The notes under the pieces are model-generated. The model had not been told where the DNA came from. It did not search any database and saw only the letters and a list, made by a program, of their open reading frames with translations. The translations under genes were made by a program, and so were the position numbers. From IMG/VR virus record IMGVR_UViG_3300008954_002687, positions 1 to 64,000 of that record: 64,000 nucleotides of DNA, one strand, 5' to 3'. This DNA comes from a virus (Duplodnaviria; Caudoviricetes). This document shows, one piece after another, positions 8,694 through 18,045 of the stretch; the first letter of the stretch is position 1, and each line of letters starts with the position of its first letter.

Positions 8694-9021
8694 TCACATT
8701 GCTATTCGTGTCGATAACCTTGAAGAAGCAGAAGAATGGTATATTGAGCATACGGGCGCCGAAGTAACTTTTCGTGATTCCAAATATATAAGATTAAGGG
8801 TAAAAAACACCAATCTTGCATTAATTGACAAGAAGTTTTACCCATGGGCACACGTGGCAGTCTTAGTGGAATCAAAAGAAGACTTGCCTTTAGATAAAGG
8901 CAAGGTAATCCACCATCGCGATGGAACTATCGGAGTATATGTAAAAGACCCATTTGGGAACTATTTAGAGTATATTTGGTACTCTGACGAACAAAAAGAG
9001 GTTTTCTTAAGCAATGATTGA
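8680..9021 (+). CDS. VOC/glyoxalase family protein
   Basis: VDHIAIRVDNLEEAEEWY, HVAV, YVKDPFGNYLE. Confidence 0.85.
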   Translation: MMIVDHIAIRVDNLEEAEEWYIEHTGAEVTFRDSKYIRLRVKNTNLALIDKKFYPWAHVAVLVESKEDLPLDKGKVIHHRDGTIGVYVKDPFGNYLEYIWYSDEQKEVFLSND

Positions 9022-10072
9022 TGTTATTAGTCCTATGATTAAACAATTTTTACCATTTGCACAGGAAAGAATGGGGTTTGACGATCCTCCTAAATTATTT
9101 TTGAAAGGAGATTCGGCAAACGCAAAAAACCCGCTTGGCAAAACTGCGTACTACGATCCTAGCGAACGCACAATCACCGTCTATATTACCGGACGACATC
9201 CAAAAGATGTCATGCGGTCGATTTCACACGAACTGGTGCACCACAAACAGAACTGTGGTGGTCAATTCGATGAAGTGGGAGAAATGGGGGAAGGGTACGC
9301 ACAAAACGACGAACATTTACGCGAAATGGAGCGTGAAGCATACGAAATGGGAAATATGTGCTTCCGAGATTGGGAAGACAGCATAAAAAGTACTATTTAT
9401 TTTGAACATCTACAAAAAGGAGAAATAAAGATGTCTACTAAAGACTGGAAAAACGGAGAAATCAAAACTCTCCTTACAGAAGCTTGGGGCTTTCAAATGG
9501 ACCTAAGCAAATTAAACGAAGACGTTGGCGGAGCCGCCGGCGAGCTTACCGATAAGGAAGCAAAAGAAGAGGATTATGTCTCTAAGCGAGAGAAGGAAGG
9601 TAACATTTCTGAAGACTCTGGTGAGGAGGAAGGCGAGCATTACAAAGATAATGAGATGCACGACGAAGACCACATTAAAGCTATTGAGCATCACTTGGAC
9701 GCCCTCAAGCATGATAGAGATTATGATGAGGACCACATCGATGAGCAGAGCAAATCGGATTTGAAAGACCGGACTGGTGGTCGTGACACAGCTGGTAGGC
9801 GCCTCGACGAAGAGGGTGACGAGCTAGAAGAGGTTGGCGGTGTGGGCGCTGGTTCCCCAGATCCTCGCAACCGTCGAAAGCCGCATGGTACTGGGCGCCC
9901 TGTCGATGACAAGGCAAAGAAGAAGAAGGATGATGACGAATTAGAAGAAGACTCGTTTCCCGGCAAGCGCGATATGGAGCAGCACAAATCAGATCTCTCA
10001 GAGAGACAAAAGCACATTCGTGCTCTTGTTCAAAAAGCCCTTAAAGAGGCTATTAAGAACCGCAAAGGATAG
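9014..10072 (+). CDS. HExxH Zn-peptidase-like domain fused to an acidic low-complexity head-protein-like region
   Basis: RSISHELVHHKQ...EREAY. The C-terminal part has repeated L/I-x-E sites. Internal RBS and ATG at 9431. Confidence 0.7.
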   Translation: MIDVISPMIKQFLPFAQERMGFDDPPKLFLKGDSANAKNPLGKTAYYDPSERTITVYITGRHPKDVMRSISHELVHHKQNCGGQFDEVGEMGEGYAQNDEHLREMEREAYEMGNMCFRDWEDSIKSTIYFEHLQKGEIKMSTKDWKNGEIKTLLTEAWGFQMDLSKLNEDVGGAAGELTDKEAKEEDYVSKREKEGNISEDSGEEEGEHYKDNEMHDEDHIKAIEHHLDALKHDRDYDEDHIDEQSKSDLKDRTGGRDTAGRRLDEEGDELEEVGGVGAGSPDPRNRRKPHGTGRPVDDKAKKKKDDDELEEDSFPGKRDMEQHKSDLSERQKHIRALVQKALKEAIKNRKG

Positions 10073-10170
10073 ATTTACAATGACAGGTAAAGGTAAAAAT
10101 TGAGCTTAAGAAGCTTCAAAATCGTTTTATTCAAAGCCTGTTATTCACAATAATAACGGAAGGTACAGAT

Positions 10171-10422
10171 ATGTCATTAGATTCAGAATGGAGAAATTTT
10201 CTTGTAAACGAAAGTTTAGATGAAAAAACTATTTTTACTTATATTCAAGGATTACAAGAGATCATCTCTAATTTGAAGCCTCGCACAGTTTCTGAGAAGC
10301 GGCGCATACAATTAGCTAAACAACATTTAAGCGAGGTGCGTCGGTATGCGCGGCGTATGTTAAATGAAAACTTAGATCTTCAAGATAAGCTTAAGATATT
10401 AGAAGAGAACAAGGAGAGCTAA
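10171..10422 (+). CDS. Small coiled-coil protein with leader-like N-terminus
   Basis: MSLDSEWRNFLVNESLDE resembles the ENWRKFLNE leader. Confidence 0.65.
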   Translation: MSLDSEWRNFLVNESLDEKTIFTYIQGLQEIISNLKPRTVSEKRRIQLAKQHLSEVRRYARRMLNENLDLQDKLKILEENKES

Positions 10423-10423
10423 A

Positions 10424-12394
10424 ATGGGTGGTGCTGCAGGACACATGAATCATCCGTTTGATTTAAGCTGGGTTAACACCGGTGATGATCTCATTGATTT
10501 TTTTGAAAGAGCTAAGGCTTTTGTCGAAGATAAGGGAGCGGGAGCGGTCAAGATTGACGGCGTGAACGTTTCCTTTAAAGTAGTAGAGACCGAGCGCGGT
10601 CATGAATTCGCTGTTGATCGTGGATCCCTCAAAAATATTGACATTGAAGGTATCACGATGGACCGTGTTGATGATAGGTTCCCCGAAGGTCACGGCATGC
10701 GCCCGGCAATTCGTTCACTGCTCACAATCCTAAATACCGCTCTACCTTCCATTCAGGATGAACTAATGGATTTAGGAATGTGGGAGAACCCCTCTATGTT
10801 TCTTAACACCGAATATGTAGAAGGTACAACTAACGTCACTGAATACGACGAAAACTTTCTAGCCATCCACGGATTAAATCAGTTTTATGAAAAGACAGCT
10901 AAATCTGGACCCAGCAAGGGCAATATGCGACCCGGCGCCGAGCGACCGGAGGGCGTTAAAGCTCCCAGCCATGAAGTGTCTTATAATCCTGAAACCATGC
11001 AAGAGTTAATTGATAAACTAAATCCTATAGCTAACGAATATGGATTTCAAGTATATGGGTCAGTTCCAACTGAAAGGCTGGATGATGTTGATGTAGATTT
11101 TGCGCCTGCTATGTCAGAGCCGTTCACTGTAAAGTTATCAGAAGACAGAGAAATCACAAAATCGCTAGGGGAGTGGCTATCGGAAGCAACCAACCCCCGC
11201 TACAAAGCGGTAAAATTAAAAAATGGGAAGAAAACACACCCGTTGCACAAAGAGCTTTATAAAGCCATTCTAGACGGCTCAGTTCCTTTAGTGGACATAG
11301 TAGAAGACGCAGATGTTGAGGCAGCTATATATGGTGCTATTATAATGCACGCTACACGCATACTAGGCAACAGCATCCTAAGCGCCCTCACCAGTCCGAT
11401 GGGAGATGTGATTAATCACGAAGGTGTGGTTCTCAGAGATGAGAAGACCTTTGGACCCAACCCTGTAAAAATTACAGGAGACTTTATTCTAGGAGGGATG
11501 AGTTCAAATTTTCAAGCAGCCCAATCGCTCGACGAAGCAGAGGGTGATGAGTTGCCTCCTTGGGATTCAGAAGCGGACGAATGGTATGAATTAAGACACC
11601 AAATGGATCAGGATCAGTGGCTTGACATAGAAATCGAAGACGAAGACGACGATCCCGTAAAGGATTCAGATTTTCCAAAAACAATTGCTGTTGTTCCGGG
11701 TGCATTCAAACCACCTCACAAGGGACACCTTGGCATGGTACGCGCATACGCTGAAGAGGCGGATGAGGTCATAGTAATAATTTCTCGACCTACAAAGTCC
11801 GGGCGCACCCTTCCAAACGGAAAAGAGATCACAGCGGAAGATTCGCTTAAGATTTGGGAATTGTTAGTAGGCGACCTGCCAAACGTAAGCGTCCAGATAT
11901 CCGACCATGCGTCTCCCTTAACGGCAGCATATGAGTATATCGGAAAGGATGGTCCTCTAGAGCCCGACACAGAAGTTATACTGGGTGCTAGCACCAAAGG
12001 CGGTGATTGGAAGCGTTGGCAGGGAGCCGAAAAATATATTAAAGATGGTGTAACGCTGCGTGATCCAAGGTCAACCGCCGTGGCGCCAGTCGCACGTCCC
12101 AGTGGGGAACCATACAGCGCTACCGACATGAGGAGACTTATTGGAGCGGCAGAGGAAGATCCCAATGCTATCGAAGAGTTGGAAGATTTCATCGGCGAGG
12201 AGAATGTGTTTGATTTACTCTCCATTCTCGGCATTGGTGCACCGATGGCTGAAATGTCTGCTGCTGGAGCAGGCGCAATACAAGGCGGAGGTGCACCGGT
12301 AAAGAAAAAGAAGATGGTGAGAAGAGAAAATATTAACATAGATACCGTTGATGAAGTAATGAGACTAATTATGGAAAGAGGCATTTTACAATGA
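10424..12394 (+). CDS. Ligase-like nucleotidyltransferase domain fused to an HIGH-type cytidylyl/adenylyltransferase
   Basis: N-half: GHMNHPFD, VKIDG (KxDG), HEGVVLR, VKITG. C-half: PGAFKPPHKGH and YSATDMR. Acidic linker with SLDEAE. Confidence 0.7.
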   Translation: MGGAAGHMNHPFDLSWVNTGDDLIDFFERAKAFVEDKGAGAVKIDGVNVSFKVVETERGHEFAVDRGSLKNIDIEGITMDRVDDRFPEGHGMRPAIRSLLTILNTALPSIQDELMDLGMWENPSMFLNTEYVEGTTNVTEYDENFLAIHGLNQFYEKTAKSGPSKGNMRPGAERPEGVKAPSHEVSYNPETMQELIDKLNPIANEYGFQVYGSVPTERLDDVDVDFAPAMSEPFTVKLSEDREITKSLGEWLSEATNPRYKAVKLKNGKKTHPLHKELYKAILDGSVPLVDIVEDADVEAAIYGAIIMHATRILGNSILSALTSPMGDVINHEGVVLRDEKTFGPNPVKITGDFILGGMSSNFQAAQSLDEAEGDELPPWDSEADEWYELRHQMDQDQWLDIEIEDEDDDPVKDSDFPKTIAVVPGAFKPPHKGHLGMVRAYAEEADEVIVIISRPTKSGRTLPNGKEITAEDSLKIWELLVGDLPNVSVQISDHASPLTAAYEYIGKDGPLEPDTEVILGASTKGGDWKRWQGAEKYIKDGVTLRDPRSTAVAPVARPSGEPYSATDMRRLIGAAEEDPNAIEELEDFIGEENVFDLLSILGIGAPMAEMSAAGAGAIQGGGAPVKKKKMVRRENINIDTVDEVMRLIMERGILQ

Positions 12395-13197
12395 ACCAGA
12401 ATGAGAAGAATCTAAGACACAATATAAGACGTTTGGTGCGTCATGTCAAGGATAAAAAGCTTAATGAGCAAAAAAAGTTCAAGGACTTAGTTGTTGCCCT
12501 TATGCAACACGAATTCCGAACGATGTTACAAGAGGCGCAGACGCCAGATGTAGACCCAACACCTAACAAGTCCACCGGAATTAATGTTCTGGAAGAACTC
12601 CTTAAGAAGATTGTACCAGTTTTGGAGACAGATTACAAGTCTTTAACAACAAATACTGAACAGAGAGACTCGTTCCGCGGGCATATCGTTAATGCTGTGG
12701 TTAATACATTGACTCCTGCCATGGCAAACAACGAAGCCGGCGATGAAGCCGAGGAATTGCAAGAAATTGATGTCGAGGAAGAAATCGAGATCGAAATTGG
12801 TGATGAAAGCCCATCTGACGATGATAAGTTTATTGACATCCGAACCGATGCTGAAAAATCAGCTGAAGAAGAGGAAGAAGAAGAGGATCCAAGAGATAGC
12901 TTTGGTGCTGGTATCGAAGGTGATGAAACTGGTAGGAACATGGCTTATCAGAGTTTTAAGAAAATTGAAAGCAGTGTTATTGACTCCTACGAGTTACTGT
13001 CGGATCCTGAAGACCAAGAATTATTTTATGACTACCTGATCGCGAACTTGAAGCTATACTTTGACAAATTTGAAGGAGAGCTATCAGGCGATGTTAGTGA
13101 ACCCACCAATCAAGCTTACGATACCGCCAAACAAGACGCCTCAGACGCTGTACCAGCCGATGAAGAGCCAGTTTTAGAAGTTGATTTAGAAATTTAA
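12391..13197 (+). CDS. Acidic prohead core/scaffold-like protein
   Basis: Basic helical N-terminus with KLNE and MLQE sites, poly-Glu stretches. Confidence 0.55.
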   Translation: MNQNEKNLRHNIRRLVRHVKDKKLNEQKKFKDLVVALMQHEFRTMLQEAQTPDVDPTPNKSTGINVLEELLKKIVPVLETDYKSLTTNTEQRDSFRGHIVNAVVNTLTPAMANNEAGDEAEELQEIDVEEEIEIEIGDESPSDDDKFIDIRTDAEKSAEEEEEEEDPRDSFGAGIEGDETGRNMAYQSFKKIESSVIDSYELLSDPEDQELFYDYLIANLKLYFDKFEGELSGDVSEPTNQAYDTAKQDASDAVPADEEPVLEVDLEI

Positions 13198-13210
13198 TTT
13201 AAAAAAGTGC

Positions 13211-13239
13211 TTGACAAAGTCTAAAACCAGCGTTAAACT
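13211..13239 (+). promoter_or_regulatory. Sigma70-type early promoter
   Basis: TTGACA-17 nt-TAAACT with an A/T-rich upstream element. Confidence 0.7.
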
Positions 13240-13278
13240 AAAGTTGTGCTGGCATGTGATAGTTAATAATATTATATT

Positions 13279-13611
13279 ATGAAAGCTAAAACTAATAAAT
13301 CAACTTCTATTAATACTAGTATAATCACAAAGCTTAAAGATCAAAGCTCGCTCACAGATGAAACTTTAGTTGGGATTGGTAATTTATCCCTAGAAGACTT
13401 AATCGCTGTGAAGCTGGAGCTTTCTTGCAATAATATAAATAATAGGCTTTTTGGGTTTGACATTTGGCGCCAAACAGGGTATATTGTAAAAGATGCTCTA
13501 CTAAAATTTGCTATCTCAACCACCAACTCTAAAAAAAGCGCCGCTAGGTTTCTTGGACTAACTTATGATGAATTTAAGAAATCATGTACTAAATACAATA
13601 TTGATATTTGA
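13279..13611 (+). CDS. Fis-like HTH DNA-binding protein
   Basis: C-terminal ALLKFAISTTNSKKSAARFLGLTYDEFKK. Confidence 0.6.
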   Translation: MKAKTNKSTSINTSIITKLKDQSSLTDETLVGIGNLSLEDLIAVKLELSCNNINNRLFGFDIWRQTGYIVKDALLKFAISTTNSKKSAARFLGLTYDEFKKSCTKYNIDI

Positions 13612-13621
13612 AATTCTTAAC

Positions 13622-13743
13622 CCGGTCGGTCCTAGGGTAAAACGCGTGGCACCATGCCTAATTATGTGCCTCCAAAACACAGGGTTTAAACCAACTAAAC
13701 TATGGGATAGCAGGTGGTGAGCAAAAGAAACCACACCGACCGG
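13622..13743 (+). ncRNA. Unidentified 122 nt structured RNA
   Basis: Perfect 9 bp closing stem CCGGTCGGT/ACCGACCGG; internal hairpins GGCAC/GTGCC (13648-13670) and GTGGT/ACCAC (13714-13734); intergenic; strand assumed from context. Confidence 0.55.
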
Positions 13744-13766
13744 TATTTATAAAGGAGCAGCGAGAA

Positions 13767-14021
13767 ATGTGGAAAGTATATAAGTGGGATGGACACTATA
13801 TTATGGGAGAATTCATCAGTAAACACTCTACAGAAGCTGCAGCCTTAAAAGCAGCCAAAAAGAAAATTAATTACGCGAGAACAGAGCGGAGCACACTACC
13901 GTCGTTTAAAGCTAATAATGAAATTGTAATTTGGCTTGATTCCGACAATGGGACACCCATGGGCTTAATTGTTAAAAAAATAAGAAAGAAAAAAGGGGAC
14001 GAAATGGTTTCGACAGGGTAA
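13767..14021 (+). CDS. Small basic hypothetical protein; 3' end overlaps tmRNA
   Basis: AAGGAG RBS and GTATTTATA motif upstream; 84 aa. Confidence 0.6.
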   Translation: MWKVYKWDGHYIMGEFISKHSTEAAALKAAKKKINYARTERSTLPSFKANNEIVIWLDSDNGTPMGLIVKKIRKKKGDEMVSTG

Positions 14022-14373
14022 CAAAGAGGAATAGTGCAAGTAGTCAAACGTACCAGCAGACTTAAAACGCAGATACAAAATATAATTGCTAATAACAATA
14101 ATCACTTCGAATCTGTCCGCTTAGCGGCTTAATCGGGAGGTCGCTCAAAACCTTCTATCCAATTTGAGCAAAACAACAGATAAGTTGCAAAAATCAAAAA
14201 ACCATCTAATGTAAAGGACGATGCCCTTCGGGGTGACATTAGATTAAATCGTTCTGCTTTTGTCAGTTTCGCAGCAGATATTGGTTTGCAAAATATCAAA
14301 ACATGACTAAACTTGTGAATGACTAGAATTAGAGTTATTCTGGACGCGGGTTCGACTCCCGCCGTCTCCACCA
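13995..14373 (+). ncRNA. ssrA: tmRNA; tag peptide ANNNNHFESVRLAA* at 14088-14132
   Basis: 5' GGGGACG..TTCGAC; 3' T-arm GCGGGTTCGACTCCCGC plus CGTCTCCACCA; G3:U70 alanine identity pair; resume codon GCT after ATAATT; tag ends LAA. Confidence 0.95.
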
Positions 14374-14385
14374 CCTATATAATAT

Positions 14386-14652
14386 GTGGATTATGACGTT
14401 GAATACTTCCAATTTGAAATTGGGGACATTGTTAGAGAGAGGCATTGGATCACGGTGTCGCCCGGTCGCCCCATGTATGGGGTCGTTGTGGAGGTTGTGA
14501 GAAATGGTTACAAAGACCTTGAATGGATTGATTCGGGCGATGATAGACTCACAGTATTCTGGTTTAGATATCGCCACACAGAAACATTACCTTCGTGTTT
14601 TGTAGAATTAGTTTCTATGGTGGGAGAATTAATTCTAGAAGATGGAGAATAA
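14386..14652 (+). CDS. Small SH3/KOW-like barrel protein
   Basis: FEIGDIVRE...YGVVVEV...LTVFWF pattern. Confidence 0.6.
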   Translation: MDYDVEYFQFEIGDIVRERHWITVSPGRPMYGVVVEVVRNGYKDLEWIDSGDDRLTVFWFRYRHTETLPSCFVELVSMVGELILEDGE

Positions 14653-14716
14653 AAGAAATAAAACATATACATACTATTGACAGGGAAACCTATAATAGTT
14701 GGGATTATGAGCTGAG

Positions 14717-15193
14717 ATGAAGATAAAAGTTGCTTTTTTTAGAGGCAAAGGAAATTGGAAAAACAAAGTTATTCGTTGGTGGACAAAAAGTCCTTTTAGC
14801 CACGTTGAACTAATACTGCCAGATGAAAAAACGTGGATTAGCATTAGCCCGTTCTTAACCTCAAGAGTTGCTGCTAGAAACAAAGAACACGTAAATCAAG
14901 ATAATTGGGAATTCGTCGAAATTGAGGTAACTGAGCAACAGGTTAATGTCATAAAAGAGTTCTATGACTTTACAGAAGGCTGTCACTACGATTGGATTGG
15001 CATGCTGTTATCACAGTTTCTGCCTTTTCACGTAAAACGCCGAAATAAGTGGTATTGTAGCGAGTGGATTGCATATGCCCTCAGAATTAGCTGTGTAATT
15101 GACTGGAGACTGATTAAGATTTATGACCGTTGTGATTTATCGCCGGCGGTTTTATATAATATCATAACGGCGGCTCCCAATGGCAATTTATAA
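14717..15193 (+). CDS. Permuted papain-like amidase (YaeF/YiiX/NlpC-P60 type)
   Basis: FSHVEL (His), HYDWIG, KWYCSEWIA (Cys), LSPAVLY. Confidence 0.8.
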   Translation: MKIKVAFFRGKGNWKNKVIRWWTKSPFSHVELILPDEKTWISISPFLTSRVAARNKEHVNQDNWEFVEIEVTEQQVNVIKEFYDFTEGCHYDWIGMLLSQFLPFHVKRRNKWYCSEWIAYALRISCVIDWRLIKIYDRCDLSPAVLYNIITAAPNGNL

Positions 15194-15392
15194 AACAGAT
15201 GAATGGGTTCTCTATTGTGCTTTCCCGGATTCAAAAAGTGAGTTTTTATCCGGGGAAAGAAAAAGGGCTGTTATTTTAGAGGTTCTTTCAAAAAAAGACA
15301 TTTATGATTATCGAATCTTTATAGATGGAGAGGGAAAAATAAAAAAAGTTAAGGAATCGCAACTTTTTCCCGTTACCACCCCTACCTACTAA
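15180..15392 (+). CDS. Small SH3-like barrel protein
   Basis: 70 aa; AVILEV..YRIFID..KVKESQL. Confidence 0.55.
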   Translation: MAIYKTDEWVLYCAFPDSKSEFLSGERKRAVILEVLSKKDIYDYRIFIDGEGKIKKVKESQLFPVTTPTY

Positions 15393-15397
15393 TAGGG

Positions 15398-16441
15398 ATG
15401 GCACTCAAATCGATCAAAAAACTGCTTTTGGTCGCAGTCAGCATGATCGCGGGCTGCCAGTCGCCAGATTACGCGATTGTAACTGGTACCGACGGAGAGA
15501 CAGTGTACGTCGAAGTAGAAGTAGAGGTACCGGGACCCACTGAGTATGTTGAGGTTCCTATTTATATAGAAGTTGAAGTACCGGTAGAACATGGGGAGAT
15601 TTGGGTTGATTCATTCACCCAATCACAAGCAACGGACGGCGTTGACATTCTTTGGATTATCGATACTTCTGGTTCGATGTTTAGATACGATCCTCAATTG
15701 CTGTCTGGGATCGAAGCCATGCTAAATGCATTACCAGCATCAGGCTGGCGCCTGAATATGATCTCCAACCACCCTTCATGTGCGGCTGGAGAAGCTAATT
15801 TTCCATTGGTACCCGGCGACGATATTGACGACGCCACGGACATGTACAACATGATGTGCAGGGGAGGCTGGGAACACGGCTTCGATTCTGCGTACGAATA
15901 TATTGTTAATAATCCATACTCACATACATGGATGCGCCCGGGAACCGCGGCATTACTAATTGTGTTTGTTTCGGATGAAGAGGAACAAAGCAACAATTAC
16001 TTCCCATATGTCAGCGATTTTACATGGTGGTATTCTAACCTAAGAAGTCCCGGTTCCACATATATTGCTAGTGTTATTAATAAAGACCCGGCTGAATCTT
16101 TGTGTGATTCGCCCCCTAGTATTATCGATGTTGGCGACAGATACATGGAAGCAACCAACTACTTCGGCGGCACAATTGTAGATATTTGCGATGAAGATTG
16201 GTCTGCCGGCGTAACCGACGCCTCTAACAGCATCGAACCCAAAGAATCTATTGAGCTTACGCACACGCCAGATCCTGCGTCATCGATTAGGGTGTTTATA
16301 AATGGCTCTTTAAATCACGATTGGTATTACGATTCTTCGGACAACACTATTTATTTCACTGTGATCCCCTCCGGAGGCGATTTAGTAGAAGTTGGATACT
16401 TGTACTTTGAAGAGCCAGAAGACACTGGAGACACTGGATAG
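15398..16441 (+). CDS. vWA-domain lipoprotein
   Basis: Lipobox IAGC; MIDAS DILWIIDTSGSM; LLIVFVSDEEEQS; EVEVP repeats; C-terminal EDTGDTG. Confidence 0.8.
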   Translation: MALKSIKKLLLVAVSMIAGCQSPDYAIVTGTDGETVYVEVEVEVPGPTEYVEVPIYIEVEVPVEHGEIWVDSFTQSQATDGVDILWIIDTSGSMFRYDPQLLSGIEAMLNALPASGWRLNMISNHPSCAAGEANFPLVPGDDIDDATDMYNMMCRGGWEHGFDSAYEYIVNNPYSHTWMRPGTAALLIVFVSDEEEQSNNYFPYVSDFTWWYSNLRSPGSTYIASVINKDPAESLCDSPPSIIDVGDRYMEATNYFGGTIVDICDEDWSAGVTDASNSIEPKESIELTHTPDPASSIRVFINGSLNHDWYYDSSDNTIYFTVIPSGGDLVEVGYLYFEEPEDTGDTG

Positions 16442-16464
16442 CAGTATAATTGAGGGCACAATGA

Positions 16465-16731
16465 ATGTTTTTTATGCTATCGGTAGCATTGGGTATCTGC
16501 TTGGGTGTTATCGGATGCTTTATTGCTGAATTTTTAGAATTTAGGCGAAGAGAAAATTTTAGAACACAAATAATTAATAATAGAATACAATCGATAATAG
16601 ACGCAAAACAGCCGATCCCGGTGATCGACACAATAACCCCGCGCCAGTATGCCATTAATCAGCTTTCGAGAAGAAAGCTCGTGTGGGATGAAAGCACGGG
16701 AACATACATTATCAGAAACCAAATTAATTAA
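16465..16731 (+). CDS. Small membrane-anchored protein
   Basis: N-terminal hydrophobic helix. Confidence 0.55.
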   Translation: MFFMLSVALGICLGVIGCFIAEFLEFRRRENFRTQIINNRIQSIIDAKQPIPVIDTITPRQYAINQLSRRKLVWDESTGTYIIRNQIN

Positions 16732-16740
16732 GGAAATAAT

Positions 16741-17205
16741 ATGAGTAGCGATAAACCAACAGTAATAGTCTCTGGTGGCTTCGACCCCGTACATGCCGGT
16801 CACATCCGCATGATCCGGGCTGCAGCCCAATATGGCGACGTTATTGTGATAGCTAATTCGGATGAGTGGCTCTATAGAAAGAAGGGATTCATATTCATGG
16901 AATTCGAACGTAGAATCGAGATTCTTAATGCGATTAAAGGCGTTATATTAGTAGACTCGGTTGATGATACCGATGGGACGGTGTGCGAAGCTATCCGGCG
17001 CCTTAAACCTACCTATTTTGCCAACGGCGGAGATCGTGGAAAATCAAACACTCCAGAGCAAGATGTTTGTGAAGAGCTTGGTGTAAAATTATTATGGGGT
17101 ATCGGCGGAGAAGAGAAACTAGAGAGTTCGCTGAACTTAACCCGAAAAGTTAGAGATTTTGAGATGCCTCCCAAGAGAACTAAAGGGAAGACCTCCGATA
17201 GGTAA
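16741..17205 (+). CDS. Cytidylyltransferase (TagD/RfaE-II-like)
   Basis: SGGFDPVHAGH, NSDEWLYRKKG, FANGGDR, PE, ESS motifs. Confidence 0.9.
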   Translation: MSSDKPTVIVSGGFDPVHAGHIRMIRAAAQYGDVIVIANSDEWLYRKKGFIFMEFERRIEILNAIKGVILVDSVDDTDGTVCEAIRRLKPTYFANGGDRGKSNTPEQDVCEELGVKLLWGIGGEEKLESSLNLTRKVRDFEMPPKRTKGKTSDR

Positions 17206-17273
17206 TTCTAGAAGAGCAATAGCACTGTATGAGTTTTAACTATAAATTGTATACGGAATTAGTAATTTTGTCC

Positions 17274-17302
17274 TTGACAGGATACTTTCTGTGTGATATA
17301 TT
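17274..17302 (+). promoter_or_regulatory. Sigma70-type early promoter with extended -10
   Basis: TTGACA-17 nt-TATATT preceded by TGn. Confidence 0.7.
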
Positions 17303-17365
17303 ATCAAAAGTAATATAACTGCTTCCCATCTGGGAGCTAATAACTATTTTCTAAAGGAGAAAAAT

Positions 17366-17563
17366 ATGCCCACAAGCAAAGAAACCCAAGACTTGATTAA
17401 TCAAGTTAAAACCATGAAGAATGAAGTCGGTACACTAAAGTCAAGGATTAACCGCCTTGTAGACGAGTTGCACGTAACTAAGACTGAACTTAATGTTTTT
17501 AAGTCGAACGTTGCCAAGGATGTAACATATCTGACCGAGCGCATCGATGGAGGACACTTCTAG
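17366..17563 (+). CDS. Small coiled-coil protein
   Basis: AAGGAG RBS; heptad repeats. Confidence 0.65.
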   Translation: MPTSKETQDLINQVKTMKNEVGTLKSRINRLVDELHVTKTELNVFKSNVAKDVTYLTERIDGGHF

Positions 17564-18040
17564 ATGTCGCTTTCTAAGAAACTTAAAAGCCTCAAACTCA
17601 AAGACGATGCTATGGTGACCCTGAGTTATCGCAGCGGAACAGACGTCTTTGTGCACAATGAAACTGAAATCGAGACGGCAATAGCGGAAACCGATGTTGT
17701 AAGTACGTTCGCAGAGCTTATTGCCATCCCCGGCTTAAATGTGTCGACACGCTGGAACGGGAATGTTTTGCAATCTCTTCGCGATGATGGATATTTAGAT
17801 GATTATGAGCGCGGCAGTTTTGCGTTTGAAGAATATATTGCCGACACTCTCGCCGAGAATTTCTACGATCAAGAATTCATTGAATATTCTACTGAGAAAT
17901 ATGATCATAAGCGTGGATTCTGTACACTAAGTGCAGAAGTGCAAATTCCAGCAGGTGATATCATTACCGAGTCACCATATCTCAGCAACTGGGAAGTATC
18001 GGTACAAACAATTGATGGCGTTTTAACTCTGAACTCGTGA
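17564..18040 (+). CDS. Hypothetical phage protein
   Basis: 158 aa abutting the upstream stop, GGAGG RBS. Confidence 0.7.
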   Translation: MSLSKKLKSLKLKDDAMVTLSYRSGTDVFVHNETEIETAIAETDVVSTFAELIAIPGLNVSTRWNGNVLQSLRDDGYLDDYERGSFAFEEYIADTLAENFYDQEFIEYSTEKYDHKRGFCTLSAEVQIPAGDIITESPYLSNWEVSVQTIDGVLTLNS

Positions 18041-18045
18041 GACAG

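Noticed and set aside
13622-13743. 5S rRNA-like size, closing stem and a CCATGCC stretch
   Set aside because: The conserved CCGAAC loop, loop E and helix pattern are missing; kept as an unidentified RNA
14677-14696. TTGACA...TATAAT promoter
   Set aside because: Spacer is only 8 nt
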